Source of the DNA: a virus
Lineage: Duplodnaviria > Caudoviricetes
Virus record (IMG/VR): IMGVR_UViG_3300005611_000008
Span: 38,204 to 102,203 of that record
DNA length: 64,000 bases
Direction: 5' to 3' (one strand)
The notes beneath the pieces were generated by a model. That model was given only the letters and a program-made list of their open reading frames with translations. It was not told the origin of the DNA and did no database searches. Below, in pieces: positions 31,610 to 39,836 of the stretch. Position 1 is the stretch's first letter, and each line of letters opens with the position of its first letter. Both the position numbers and the translations under genes were made by a program.

Positions 31610-32584
31610 ATGACAGCAAAAGTGAAAGAAGAAGTGCAGATTGCACAAGAGTTAGAAGAGTCTAAAATGAATACTATTTCGGTATTTGAAGACATTCGTA
31701 CAAACAATGATATTGTGGTGGCAGATCCAGAAAAGTTGAAGATCCCTCTTGCCACTGTGTTTGGACGAGGCACTACAACTAACCTACCAAGTTTTGGTGG
31801 AAGAACTTTGAGTGAGAACACTCAACTTGTAGATGCAGCAATGAAAAATGTAGGACAGTTGGAAAATATCTGGAATCACTCTCATTCACAATGGACTTGG
31901 AAGCACATCAACTTTTCATACCACAGTCCTATCAAAAATATGCGTCAGATTTCTGCGGAAATGACTAAGAAGAAAACTGCACTGTCCGAGGCAAAGTGGA
32001 GACACGTCAAGAACGAAGCAAAGATTTGCAAACTTCAAGACGAGTTGCAAGACACATCTGATATGGACTATTGGAGAGAGGTTGAACTTAAAATCAAACT
32101 CGCAGAACTGAAAGAAAAAGCAGTTGAGTCCATGACTTACATTGAAGGTGCAATGAAAGATGTGCTTGCCCTTCAAGAAATTTACGAAGATCTCAAAGAG
32201 AAAGTCAGTGAGTTCAGTGAGCAAGATGTCGAGTTGCTTGAATCTAAAACTCATATGAAAAGAAGTTTAGTACAATGTATTCGTGATATACGCCAAGCAG
32301 GGCACATCTCAAAAGGCGAGCAAGAATACGTAGAACAAATTGGAGTTAATGTAGGTAAACTCCAACACATCTTGAAAAAGTATGTTGAGTCAGAAGCATC
32401 CCAAGAGTCTTGGGACAGTTCTGGTCTTTTTGAATTCGTAGATAAATTAGCAGATGAATTAATTACTGTGCACAAGGTTGATGTGAAGAGAATGGAACTT
32501 CTTGGTTATGATCCAGACCCAACAGAAGAAATCACTTATAACAGCAAATTAGCACTACCAAAAAGTAGTCAGGAGGAAGAGTAA
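31610..32584 (+). CDS. Hypothetical helical/coiled-coil protein
   Basis: ATG 31610 with AGGAG SD; long charged heptad region. Confidence 0.7.
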   Translation: MTAKVKEEVQIAQELEESKMNTISVFEDIRTNNDIVVADPEKLKIPLATVFGRGTTTNLPSFGGRTLSENTQLVDAAMKNVGQLENIWNHSHSQWTWKHINFSYHSPIKNMRQISAEMTKKKTALSEAKWRHVKNEAKICKLQDELQDTSDMDYWREVELKIKLAELKEKAVESMTYIEGAMKDVLALQEIYEDLKEKVSEFSEQDVELLESKTHMKRSLVQCIRDIRQAGHISKGEQEYVEQIGVNVGKLQHILKKYVESEASQESWDSSGLFEFVDKLADELITVHKVDVKRMELLGYDPDPTEEITYNSKLALPKSSQEEE

Positions 32585-32919
32585 TGGCAGTAGTTGAATA
32601 CATGCTTCAAAAAATAAATGGTAATAGCAAAGCAGAAATTCCCGGTTTTATCGGAGATCGAGGGCATTGGTACAATTCAGCAGATCATACCTATGTTGGT
32701 TGGATCGATGACGAAAGAGATTATTATGTACCAGACTCAATCAAAACTTTAACCAAAGAACAGTTCGTGACTCGTACACTTGGAATGCATGCAACCAATC
32801 CTATGATGAACGAAATGGATATGGAAAACCCAGATGCTGAACCAGAAGCAATGACTGATGCAGAAGTCACGACAATGGCAGAACAGTGGTACGATAATTT
32901 CGTTTCACAAAATTCATGA
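32584..32919 (+). CDS. Hypothetical protein
   Basis: TAATG coupling, GGAGG SD; 111 aa, acidic. Confidence 0.7.
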   Translation: MAVVEYMLQKINGNSKAEIPGFIGDRGHWYNSADHTYVGWIDDERDYYVPDSIKTLTKEQFVTRTLGMHATNPMMNEMDMENPDAEPEAMTDAEVTTMAEQWYDNFVSQNS

Positions 32920-33653
32920 AGTTATATGAGAAAATCTCACATATAAAACAACTGACCGATTCTATCGGAACAATCTACGGTACAGAGGACTTTTCAGTTT
33001 TTCTGTACTCGTTGATTAAAATGAAAAGACCAAACACCGTGGTTGAACTAGGAACTGGTGTTGGCACAGCAATGTTGTGGTCAGCACTGGCAATGGAAGA
33101 AAACGGGTTTGGTTCCTTCATTACAGTTGATGATGGTTCAGAGTGGCAGAGAATTTCTCAAGTAGCACCGAGATTTAGTTCGTACTACCGTGAAGACTAT
33201 GCAACGTATATCAACAGTCTCATAAAGACTTTTGAGTTTGAGAATCAAATTCAGTTTGTTAATAAACGAATTGATGTGGTGGATGTTGAAGACACTATTG
33301 ACATTTTGTTTTCTGATTTCGCGCACTCTGTGTATGACATCGTGAAGTTGTTGGTGCAGTATCTGCCAAAGATGAGTGCAGATTCTGTTCTGTTTATTGA
33401 CAGTGCCTCGACTAACTTTTCCAGTATGAGTATGCTTGAAAAGACTGTGGAACTGTTTAACATGAACCAAGTGCCTTTGTCAATGTTGGAGTTGTCGAGC
33501 AACCCACACGAGTTGCAACAGATTGTTTCGAGTCATCGGTTCAGTGTAGAGCATATCATAGAAAATAAAGACCGAGCACAGAACAGTACGGCAATGATAC
33601 GAATGACTCCGATAGATATATTTCCGCATCCGAGAGTGAATTTAAAGTTATGA
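32916..33653 (+). CDS. Class I SAM-dependent methyltransferase (Methyltransf_24-like)
   Basis: VVELGTGVG motif I, TVDD, IDILFSDFAH. Confidence 0.75.
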   Translation: MKLYEKISHIKQLTDSIGTIYGTEDFSVFLYSLIKMKRPNTVVELGTGVGTAMLWSALAMEENGFGSFITVDDGSEWQRISQVAPRFSSYYREDYATYINSLIKTFEFENQIQFVNKRIDVVDVEDTIDILFSDFAHSVYDIVKLLVQYLPKMSADSVLFIDSASTNFSSMSMLEKTVELFNMNQVPLSMLELSSNPHELQQIVSSHRFSVEHIIENKDRAQNSTAMIRMTPIDIFPHPRVNLKL

Positions 33654-34210
33654 TTAAGGTAATAGATAATGTAATCGGTGATAAATATTCTAGTTACGTA
33701 TTTGAAGAGTGTGCTAAGTTAAAATGGACTTTCGTACCAGAGATTAGTGTAGGAAACAACCCAAACGGTAGGAATACCTCTGGGTTTTCATACAATTTCT
33801 TTCTGAACAAACACTTTAACAACAATGAACAAAAGACGATTCGAGATAGTAAGTACGACTTGATTTGTCCTATTTTTTTAGAAGCATTTGACAAACTGCA
33901 AATGAACTTGGACTTGTCAGATATTTTCAGATGTCGTGCTAGATTGACTCTGCCACAATATGGATTGTCGGAAAAAGATCGTGTGGATGTGCCACATAAC
34001 GATTATAAGTCTCCTCATTGGGTGATGATCTATTATGTGAATAATGTAGACGGAGATACGCTGATGTTTGATGGCAACAAGATTATTGATCGCATTGCCC
34101 CTCGACGAGGACAAGTTGTTTTGTTTGATGGTTCAATATTACACGCAAGCACAACACCTGCACTAAACCCTCGTATTATTATAAATAGTAACATATTCAA
34201 GAGAGATTAA
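33650..34210 (+). CDS. 2OG-Fe(II) oxygenase
   Basis: PHND (HxD), IYYVNNVDGDT, FDGSILHAS, RIIIN. Confidence 0.8.
   Translation: MIKVIDNVIGDKYSSYVFEECAKLKWTFVPEISVGNNPNGRNTSGFSYNFFLNKHFNNNEQKTIRDSKYDLICPIFLEAFDKLQMNLDLSDIFRCRARLTLPQYGLSEKDRVDVPHNDYKSPHWVMIYYVNNVDGDTLMFDGNKIIDRIAPRRGQVVLFDGSILHASTTPALNPRIIINSNIFKRD
34180..34187 (+). promoter_or_regulatory. T4-type late promoter embedded in the oxygenase 3' end
   Basis: TATAAATA upstream of the small ORF and the second propeller cluster. Confidence 0.65.
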
Positions 34211-34214
34211 AACT

Positions 34215-34343
34215 GTGGAAATCGAAATTGCAAACAAAATTGAAGAACTAGATCTAAATGAACTTATTGAAGTGTTGATGAAATTTAAAATGGAAGATAT
34301 GGAAGCATTTTTGATTTTAAAGGAAATCATAGAGGACTTATAA
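34215..34343 (+). CDS. Small acidic helical protein (42 aa; below the ORF-track cutoff)
   Basis: GTG..TAA reading MEIEIANKIEELDLNELIEVLMKFKMEDMEAFLILKEIIEDL; fills the gap exactly; GAGAG SD. Confidence 0.6.
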   Translation: MEIEIANKIEELDLNELIEVLMKFKMEDMEAFLILKEIIEDL

Positions 34344-34344
34344 A

Positions 34345-35334
34345 GTGGCAATTCGCGTCTACAATGATAGAATTGAGTTAGGAGATTATACGCTCACATA
34401 TTCTTCCGCAGAATCTCGTTTCGAGTTTGATGGCACTATCACAGCACTATCTTATTCTTTACCACCACCTCCTGCGTCAGGTACTGTGTCTGGATACACT
34501 TCTGGCGGTGCTTCACCATCAACAGTCAACACAATCGACAAGTTCCCTTTTGCGACAGATGCCAATGCGACTGATGTCGGTGATTTAACACAAGCAAGAA
34601 GGTTGATGGCAGGTCAATCTTCATCGACAGATGGATACACTTCTGCCGGTTTTGCACCACCACATAGCAACACAATCGATAAGTTCCCATTCGCGACAGA
34701 TGCCAATGCGACAGATGTCGGTGATTTAACACAAGCAAGAGAAGGTTCGGCAGGTCAATCTTCATCTGACAATGGATACACTTCTGGCGGTAATACACCC
34801 ACACCAAGGACCACAATCGACAAGTTTCCATTTGCAACTGACGCAAACGCGACTGATGTCGGTGATTTGACACAAGCAAGAAGGTTGATGGCAGGTCAAT
34901 CTTCAACCGACAATGGATACAGTTCTGGCGGTGAGGCACCGGGACGAGTCAATACAATCGACAAGTTTCCTTTTGCAACAGATGCCAATGCGACTGATGT
35001 TGGGGATTTAACACAAGCAAGAAATAGTGCGGCAGGTCAACAATCGCTCGAAAATGGATACAGTTCTGGCGGTTATGCACCATCTAGTGCAGTCACCACA
35101 ATCGACAAGTTTCCTTTCGCATCAGATGCCAATGCGACTGACGTTGGTGATTTAACACAAACAAGAAGGTTGACAGTAGGTCAATCTTCAACCGACAATG
35201 GATACACTTCTGGCGGTTATGCACCACCAAATGTCAACACAATCGACAAGTTTCCTTTCGCATCAGACGCCAATGCGACAGATGTTGGTGATTTGACACA
35301 AGCAAGAAGGGAGTTGGCAGGTCAACAGGATTAA
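34345..35334 (+). CDS. Six-bladed Kelch-like beta-propeller protein C
   Basis: GTG start with GAGG SD; six repeats. Confidence 0.75.
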   Translation: MAIRVYNDRIELGDYTLTYSSAESRFEFDGTITALSYSLPPPPASGTVSGYTSGGASPSTVNTIDKFPFATDANATDVGDLTQARRLMAGQSSSTDGYTSAGFAPPHSNTIDKFPFATDANATDVGDLTQAREGSAGQSSSDNGYTSGGNTPTPRTTIDKFPFATDANATDVGDLTQARRLMAGQSSTDNGYSSGGEAPGRVNTIDKFPFATDANATDVGDLTQARNSAAGQQSLENGYSSGGYAPSSAVTTIDKFPFASDANATDVGDLTQTRRLTVGQSSTDNGYTSGGYAPPNVNTIDKFPFASDANATDVGDLTQARRELAGQQD

Positions 35335-35339
35335 GAGAT

Positions 35340-36314
35340 ATGGCAATAAAAATCTACCCAGAAAAAATTGAATTCGATGACTATACCTTAACTGTTACTG
35401 ACAATGGTTTTGAGTTTGATGGCGATATTAGAACATTAGGAAGAATCACCCCTGCACCTCCTATGTCAGGCACTGTGTCGGGATACACTTCTGGCGGTGC
35501 AACACCATTTGCCACCACAATCGACAAGTTCCCATTCGCGACAGATGCCAATGCGACAGATGTTGGTGATTTGACACAAGCAAGAGCACAACAGGCAGGT
35601 CAATCTTCAGAGACAGATGGATACAGTTCTGGCGGTAATGCACCACCATTTGTCAACACAATCGACAAGTTTCCTTTTGCATCAGATGCCAACGCGACTG
35701 ACGTTGGTGATTTAACACAAGCAAGAAATAATTTGGCGGGTCAATCTTCATCGACAGATGGATACAGTTCTGGCGGTGCAGCACCGGCAATAGGCAACAT
35801 AATCGATAAGTTTCCATTTGCAACCGATGCCAATGCAACCGATGTCGGTGATTTAACACAAGGAAGATATAGTGCGGCAGGTCAATCTTCATCGACAGAT
35901 GGATATACTTCTGGCGGTACACCACCAATAGTCAACGTAATCGACAAGTTTCCTTTCGCAACAGATGCTAATGCGACTGACGTTGCCGATTTAACACAAG
36001 CAAGAAGTAACCTATCAGGTCAATCTTCATCCGACAATGGGTACAGTTCTGGCGGTGCTACACCAACACGAGTCAACACAATCGACAAGTTTCCTTTCGC
36101 AACTGATGCCAATGCGACTGACGTTGGTGATTTATCACAAATAAGAAGTAGTGTGGCAGGTCAATCTTCATCCGAAAATGGATACACTTCTGGTGGTTTT
36201 GCACCACCATTTGCCACCACAATCGACAAGTTCCCATTCGCGACAGATGCCAATGCGACTGATGTCGGTGATTTAACACAAGCAAGAAGTGCTCCGGCAG
36301 GTCAACAGGATTAA
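35340..36314 (+). CDS. Six-bladed Kelch-like beta-propeller protein D
   Basis: Six repeats; ends GQQD. Confidence 0.75.
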   Translation: MAIKIYPEKIEFDDYTLTVTDNGFEFDGDIRTLGRITPAPPMSGTVSGYTSGGATPFATTIDKFPFATDANATDVGDLTQARAQQAGQSSETDGYSSGGNAPPFVNTIDKFPFASDANATDVGDLTQARNNLAGQSSSTDGYSSGGAAPAIGNIIDKFPFATDANATDVGDLTQGRYSAAGQSSSTDGYTSGGTPPIVNVIDKFPFATDANATDVADLTQARSNLSGQSSSDNGYSSGGATPTRVNTIDKFPFATDANATDVGDLSQIRSSVAGQSSSENGYTSGGFAPPFATTIDKFPFATDANATDVGDLTQARSAPAGQQD

Positions 36315-36319
36315 GAGAT

Positions 36320-37303
36320 ATGTCAATAAAAATCTATAAAGACAAAATAGAATGGGATGATCAAACAATCTCTGTTACAGGTGAAGGTTTAGAGTTTGAC
36401 GCGGAGTTGCTTGCTCCAGAGTTTCTTGTACCACCATCTCCTCCTATGTCAGGCACTGTGTCAGGATATACTTCTGGCGGTAATCCAACATCCAACGTAA
36501 TCGACAAGTTTCCATTTGCATCAGATGCCAATGCGACAGATGTTGGTGATTTATCACAAGCAAGAAGGCAGTCGGCAGGTCAATCTTCAACCGACAATGG
36601 ATACACTTCTGGCGGTGATGCACCACCACGAGTCACCACAATCGACAAGTTTCCTTTCGCAACAGATGCCAATGCGACTGACGTTGGTGATTTAACACAA
36701 GCAAGAAATAATTTGGCGAGTCAATCTTCAGAGACAGATGGATACAGTTCTGGCGGTTATGCAGCACCACGAGTCAACACAATCGACAAGTTTCCTTTTG
36801 CAAGTGATGCCAATGCGACTGACGTTGGCGATTTAACACAAATAAGAAATTATGTGGTAGGTCAATCTTCAGAGACAGATGGATACAGTTCTGGCGGTTT
36901 TGCACCAACAGGACGAGTCAACACAATCGACAAGTTTCCTTTCGCATCTGATGCTAATGCGACTGACGTTGGTAATTTAACAGTGGCAAGAAGTGGTTCC
37001 GCAGGTCAATCTTCAACCGATAATGGATACGCCTCTGGCGGAGCAGCACCACCAGGACGAGTCAACACAATCGACAAGTTTCCGTTTGCATCTGATGCTA
37101 ATGCGACTGATGTCGGTGATTTATCACAAACAAGAGATGTTGCGACAGGTCAATCTTCATCGACAGATGGATATACTTCTGGCGGTGATGCACCACCAAG
37201 TGTCAACACAATCGACAAGTTTCCTTTTGCAACTGATGCCAATGCGACAGATGTCGGTGATTTGACAGTAGCAAGAAGTTCCGCGGCAGGTCAACAGGAT
37301 TAA
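36320..37303 (+). CDS. Six-bladed Kelch-like beta-propeller protein E
   Basis: Six repeats; ends GQQD. Confidence 0.75.
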   Translation: MSIKIYKDKIEWDDQTISVTGEGLEFDAELLAPEFLVPPSPPMSGTVSGYTSGGNPTSNVIDKFPFASDANATDVGDLSQARRQSAGQSSTDNGYTSGGDAPPRVTTIDKFPFATDANATDVGDLTQARNNLASQSSETDGYSSGGYAAPRVNTIDKFPFASDANATDVGDLTQIRNYVVGQSSETDGYSSGGFAPTGRVNTIDKFPFASDANATDVGNLTVARSGSAGQSSTDNGYASGGAAPPGRVNTIDKFPFASDANATDVGDLSQTRDVATGQSSSTDGYTSGGDAPPSVNTIDKFPFATDANATDVGDLTVARSSAAGQQD

Positions 37304-37308
37304 GAGAT

Positions 37309-38283
37309 ATGGCAATAAAAGTAAGCGGTACAACAGTATTCGATGACGATTTAACTTCTTCTCTAGAAAAAGTGTCGGTTCCTGATGGATTTGTTTTGGT
37401 GGATGCAGAACCACCTCCTCCTCCTATGTCAGGCACTGTGTCGGGGTATGCTTCTGGTGGTGGTTCACCACCACGAGTCAACACAATCGACAAGTTTCCA
37501 TTTGCATCAGATGCCAATGCGACTGACGTTGGTGATTTGACACAAGCAAGATATTATGCGTCAGGTCAATCTTCAACCGACAATGGATACAGTTCTGGCG
37601 GTGAGTCACCCTCGGCACCGGGACGAGTCACCACAATCGACAAGTTTCCTTTTGCGTCTGATGCCAATGCGACTGACGTTGGTGATTTAACACAAGCAAG
37701 AGATGGTGGCGCAGGTCAATCCTCATTCGATAATGGATACACCTCTGGCGGTGCTACACCATCACGAGTTATCACAATCGACAAGTTTCCTTTTGCAAGT
37801 GATGCCAATGCGACAGATGTTGGCGATATGACAGTAGCAAAAGCATATCTTGCAGGTCAATCTTCATCCGACAATGGGTACTTTTCTGGCGGTGGTACAC
37901 CATCAATAGTCAACACAATCGAAAAGTTTCCATTTGCAACCGATGCCAATTCGATTGACGTTGCCGATTTAACACAGGCAAGATCGGCGGTGCAAGGTCA
38001 ATCTTCATCGACAGATGGATACAGTTCTGGCGGTTTTGCACCACCTGCAGTCAACACAATCGACAAGTTTCCATTTGCGTCAGATGCCAATGCGACTGAT
38101 GTTGGTGATTTAACACAAGCAAGACAAGATGCGGCAGGTCAATCTTCATCCGACAATGGGTACGCTTCTGGCGGTTTTCTTGTCAACACAATCGACAAGT
38201 TTCCTTTCGCAACAGATGCCAATGCGACTGATGTCGGTGATTTATCGCAAACAAGATTTGCTGCGGCAGGTCAACAAGACTAA
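37309..38283 (+). CDS. Six-bladed Kelch-like beta-propeller protein F
   Basis: Six repeats; ends GQQD. Confidence 0.75.
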   Translation: MAIKVSGTTVFDDDLTSSLEKVSVPDGFVLVDAEPPPPPMSGTVSGYASGGGSPPRVNTIDKFPFASDANATDVGDLTQARYYASGQSSTDNGYSSGGESPSAPGRVTTIDKFPFASDANATDVGDLTQARDGGAGQSSFDNGYTSGGATPSRVITIDKFPFASDANATDVGDMTVAKAYLAGQSSSDNGYFSGGGTPSIVNTIEKFPFATDANSIDVADLTQARSAVQGQSSSTDGYSSGGFAPPAVNTIDKFPFASDANATDVGDLTQARQDAAGQSSSDNGYASGGFLVNTIDKFPFATDANATDVGDLSQTRFAAAGQQD

Positions 38284-38293
38284 ATCCAAAACA

Positions 38294-38328
38294 TATAAAT
38301 AGTCCTAGCAGATTAGTGTTAGGATTAT
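38294..38328 (+). promoter_or_regulatory. Late promoter TATAAATA (38294-38301) overlapping an SD-sequestering hairpin (38299-38328)
   Basis: ATAGTCCTAGCA-gattag-TGTTAGGATTAT, 12-bp stem with 2 G-U pairs, covering the AGGA SD of gp13. Confidence 0.7.
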
Positions 38329-38332
38329 AAAA

Positions 38333-39076
38333 ATGGCAAATCCAAGAAGCAGAACAGATTTAAAAAACTACTGTCTCCGTAGACTTGGGCATCCGGTTAT
38401 TGAGATCAACATCGATGAAGATCAGATGCAAGATCGCATAGACGATGCTCTTGAATTCTATCGCGACTATCACTATGATGGTGTGGAAAGAACTTACTAC
38501 AAGCACCAAGTCACATCATCAGATCAGACAAACGGTTACATTGATATTCCTACTAACATCAATGGTGTTATTAACGTCTTTCCTATTGGCACTGGACTCA
38601 ATGCTAATAATCTATTCAACCTACGCTATCAGATTACACTCAACGAAATCTACGATTGGTCGCATGCTCAGTTTGTAAACTATACTGAGTCTATGCGTCG
38701 AGTAGCACTGATGGAAGAGATTTTCGTTGGTAAGCAACCACTGCGTTTCAATCGTCACATGGATCGTTTGTTTATCGACATGGATTGGAACACTCGCACT
38801 GTTGTCGGTGAGTATCTCATCATCGAAGCATATCGTGTACTTGACCCAGACACCTACACATCTGTTTGGGGTGATCGTTGGTTACGACAATATACTACAC
38901 AACTATTCAAACGTCAATGGGGCGAGAACATGAAGAAGTTTGAAGGGATGCAATTGCCCGGTGGTGTGCAGTTCAATGGACAGCAAATCTGGAACGAAGC
39001 AGATGAGGAAATTAAGCGGTTAGAAGAAGAAGTTGTAAACAACTACTCAATGCCCGCGATGGACATGATTGGGTAA
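38333..39076 (+). CDS. gp13: Neck protein gp13
   Basis: LKNYCLRRLG.PVIEINID..Q..DRID.AL; QWG.N..KF.G.QLPGGV..NG; start of T4 core synteny. Confidence 0.92.
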   Translation: MANPRSRTDLKNYCLRRLGHPVIEINIDEDQMQDRIDDALEFYRDYHYDGVERTYYKHQVTSSDQTNGYIDIPTNINGVINVFPIGTGLNANNLFNLRYQITLNEIYDWSHAQFVNYTESMRRVALMEEIFVGKQPLRFNRHMDRLFIDMDWNTRTVVGEYLIIEAYRVLDPDTYTSVWGDRWLRQYTTQLFKRQWGENMKKFEGMQLPGGVQFNGQQIWNEADEEIKRLEEEVVNNYSMPAMDMIG

Positions 39077-39080
39077 TTAA

Positions 39081-39836
39081 ATGCCAACAACAAACCTCTA
39101 CTTCAACAACTATGCGTTCACGCAAGAGCAGAACCTTATTGAGAATCTGATCATTGAATCGATCAAGATTTACGGTATTGAAGTGTTCTACTTGCCACGC
39201 ACACTCGTGAAAGAAGATAATCTATTTCATGAGGATGTGTTGTCGAAGTTTGAAAATGCCTATCCTGTGGAGATGTACATCAAGTCTGTGGATGGATTCC
39301 AAGGGGATGGCGACTTCCTTTCTAAGTTTGGATTGGAGATTCGTGATGAGATGGTTCTTACAGTTTCGCGTCGTCGCTTTGGCGAAGAACTCGCAGTTGA
39401 AGATACCACTCCAGTTGATGAGGCAGAAGGTGTAGCACGTCCGTCAGAAGGCGATCTTATCTACTTCCCACTCAATGGTAAAATCTTTGAGGTTAAGTTT
39501 GTCGAGCACGAAGCAATCTTCTATCAGATGGGAAGTTTGCAAACCTACGATCTCACACTTGAACTCTTTGAATACAGTCACGAAATTATCGACACTGGCA
39601 TCGCAGATATTGATGCGATTGAAGATACTTACTCAGGTGTTAAAGAAGGTCTTGAACTGCTTACAGAAGTAGGAGATCGTCTTGTCTTTGAAAATGGATT
39701 TGCAATCGTACAAGAAGAATATAGAATTGAGACAACAGACAATCAAGCAAACAATGAGTTCTTTGGTGCAACCTCTAATATCAGTTTCATTGACTTTACT
39801 GAAATCAATCCGTTCTCTGAAGGGAGTAATTGGTAA
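39081..39836 (+). CDS. gp14: Neck protein gp14
   Basis: EQNLIENLIIESIKIYG..V.YLPR; SKFGLEIRDE; RP.EGDLIYFP; NPFSE. Confidence 0.92.
   Translation: MPTTNLYFNNYAFTQEQNLIENLIIESIKIYGIEVFYLPRTLVKEDNLFHEDVLSKFENAYPVEMYIKSVDGFQGDGDFLSKFGLEIRDEMVLTVSRRRFGEELAVEDTTPVDEAEGVARPSEGDLIYFPLNGKIFEVKFVEHEAIFYQMGSLQTYDLTLELFEYSHEIIDTGIADIDAIEDTYSGVKEGLELLTEVGDRLVFENGFAIVQEEYRIETTDNQANNEFFGATSNISFIDFTEINPFSEGSNW

Larger units (their letters stand above)
27756..38283 (+). repeat. 36 copies of a ~138-bp coding repeat in six genes (clusters 27756-29707 and 34345-38283)
   Basis: Core ATCGACAAGTTTCC.TT.GC...GATGC.AATGCGAC.GA.GT.GGTGATTT.ACACAA counted six times per gene. Confidence 0.95.

Noticed and set aside
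28093-37517. Repetitive minus-strand ORFs (NHQHQSHWH...)
   Set aside because: Antisense shadows of the propeller repeats, fully overlapping well-supported genes
27756-38283. CRISPR-like array (constant repeats alternating with variable segments)
   Set aside because: Units are in-frame coding repeats with synonymous variation, variable parts are only ~9-25 nt, and there are no cas genes
22436-38283. Complete diversity-generating retroelement (Mtd_N-like fibre plus variable repeats)
   Set aside because: No reverse transcriptase, Avd or non-coding template repeat in the window; Mtd_N-like domains are widespread without DGRs; kept only as a testable hypothesis
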